From NCBI RefSeq assembly GCF_000143415.4, contig NW_003314276.1, positions 171,784 to 235,783 on the forward strand: DNA of 64,000 nucleotides. The letters are read 5' to 3'. This DNA comes from Selaginella moellendorffii (Eukaryota > Plantae > Lycopodiophyta). A program made the position numbers and the translations under genes. The notes under the pieces were generated by a model that saw only the letters and a program-made list of their open reading frames with translations, was not told the origin of the DNA and searched no databases. This document shows, in pieces, positions 62,549 through 64,000 of this stretch; positions within the stretch are counted from its first letter, which is position 1; each line of letters opens with the position of its first letter.

Positions 62549-64000
62549 TGTAAGCCACAAATTTTTCCTTTCCAATTTGCCAGCTTACCTTGTTTATTTG
62601 ACCAACACCGCCTTAGCTTTAGCAAAGTTCCTTTGCCAAAGTTCCCACCTATTGTACCATCTCCTACTTGATCCTACTTGGTTTCAGCTACTCACGAGCA
62701 ATAGAGCGTTAATCATCCATCCATAGATTCCCAAATCTCTTCCAATCCCCATTCCCAGGTTAGACTAGACTTAAGGTTTGGCTACACTTCTTGCAAGCAC
62801 AACTAGCAAAGCACACCAAGCCTCTAGATTCTTAACATCTCTTAGTACAACAAGACTTGATCATGGGACCCTCTAACTCTCAAGCCTTGGGTGCAACACT
62901 TACTTCTGGACGTTGGGGCAAAACACCATGGCCTAACGGCCTGGTATGGGTAACGGCCTAGTATGGGTACCTCTACCCCACTACTTCCATCCCGAAGGGA
63001 AGGCCTAAGCCCCTAGGAAGGGCAAAGACCAATGAGTTGCAAGGTACTCAAGTGGGGCACCACTCCACGTAAGCTGGGAGCACTGCAGTCAGTTTCCCTT
63101 CTGCAAGTGGGAGCTACCTTTGAGCACTTCCTTGGGTGGCCCCTCTGACACCACCCGAGTCCATGCTCACTCCCCCTCGGCCCCAATCTCAACATCAAGT
63201 TAATTTGGAAGCACCACTGCAGAGTTTCTTCAAGACTAGTTCCCCTACAGCTCCTGCCCCCCCCCCCCCCCCCCCCCAGGAGACACATGCTTTGGGCTTT
63301 CACCCCTCAACCTATATTAGTACTCGGACTCGGTCTCAGACCCAATCTCAAATCTTGGACTTTGTCTTGAACTCAGTCTCGAACTCGGTCTCAAAATTGG
63401 TCTCGAACTCGGTCTCAAAGTCGGTCTCAAAGTCGGCCTCGGACTCAATCCTAGACTCTATCTTGAACTTGGTCTCAGAGTTGGTCTTGGACTCGATCTC
63501 AAACTCAGTCCTATCCAATGAACTCTTTATCATTGCGGTCGTGCTTTCACTGATCCTTTAGCTTATGACACCTCGGAAAATTGGTTCCTTAGAACTCCAC
63601 CACCCATAGAAGAAGTTCAAAGCTTATATCGAACATCTTTTGTTAATCCTATGACTTGTTCACCATGTCTCCAGAGGCATCCCCCTACTTAGCAATATGT
63701 CTAAGTTAGCTTCCCTAGCCAAGAGCCCATGACAACGGAATATAGGTGTCCCTATACCCCTCACCTCACCACACCTTAGTATGGGGTTGGGACTTAAACC
63801 CAACTTTGCTTAACTAAGGGGTTGGGATTAGAACCCAACCTCCGTAGAATACATTTACAGATTCGACATCCCCGTGGGGAGTCGAGCATAGTTCCCTATG
63901 CCTGGTCAACTTTGCTAAATCATGCTAATTAGCTTACCTTCGATGCACCTTTGGGTCCTACCATATGCCATTGCTCAACTTCACAAATTGATACCTTTAT
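62549..64000 (-). mobile_element. Family A 3' LTR (62549-63593), PPT and 3' UTR, truncating the family B relic
   Basis: TGTAAGCCACAAA is the reverse complement of the family A LTR end. ACTCCACCACCCATAG follows 63593. 63600-64000 is paralogous to 450-850. Confidence 0.88.

Overview
Eukaryotic, plant-like DNA. The ~40-60 nt GT-AG introns, chromoviruses and a ciliary-type gene suggest a seed-free plant such as a lycophyte (inference only). About 80% of the window is transposable elements. It holds four Ty3/gypsy LTR families, here called A-D, some nested three deep with intact 5-bp TSDs, plus two decayed Helitron Rep/helicase fragments. Two host genes lie at ~20.3-28.4 kb: a coiled-coil DUF4795/QRICH2-like protein and a WD40 protein. 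A 10.8-kb cut-and-paste transposon spans 31357-42162 (24-bp TIRs, 4-bp TSD CTTG, Sola-type DDD transposase). Main findings: (1) This transposon carries a second, divergently transcribed ~1,650-codon spliced gene. It fuses a ParB/Srx-like domain, a degenerate amino-methyltransferase-like region and an FCP1-like HAD domain. The element also contains ~19 copies of a 22-bp palindrome (ATGGCRTG-N6-CAYGCCAT), many inside introns, suggesting a ParB/parS-like or VANC-like self-recognition system. (2) Gypsy family A has two conserved spliceosomal introns inside integrase. One splits the HPQTDGQTER motif and folds into a hairpin. (3) Family D lacks a tRNA PBS and has a Tf1-like self-priming complement. 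(4) Families A and C share a co-varying tRNA T-arm-like hairpin in their 3' UTRs.
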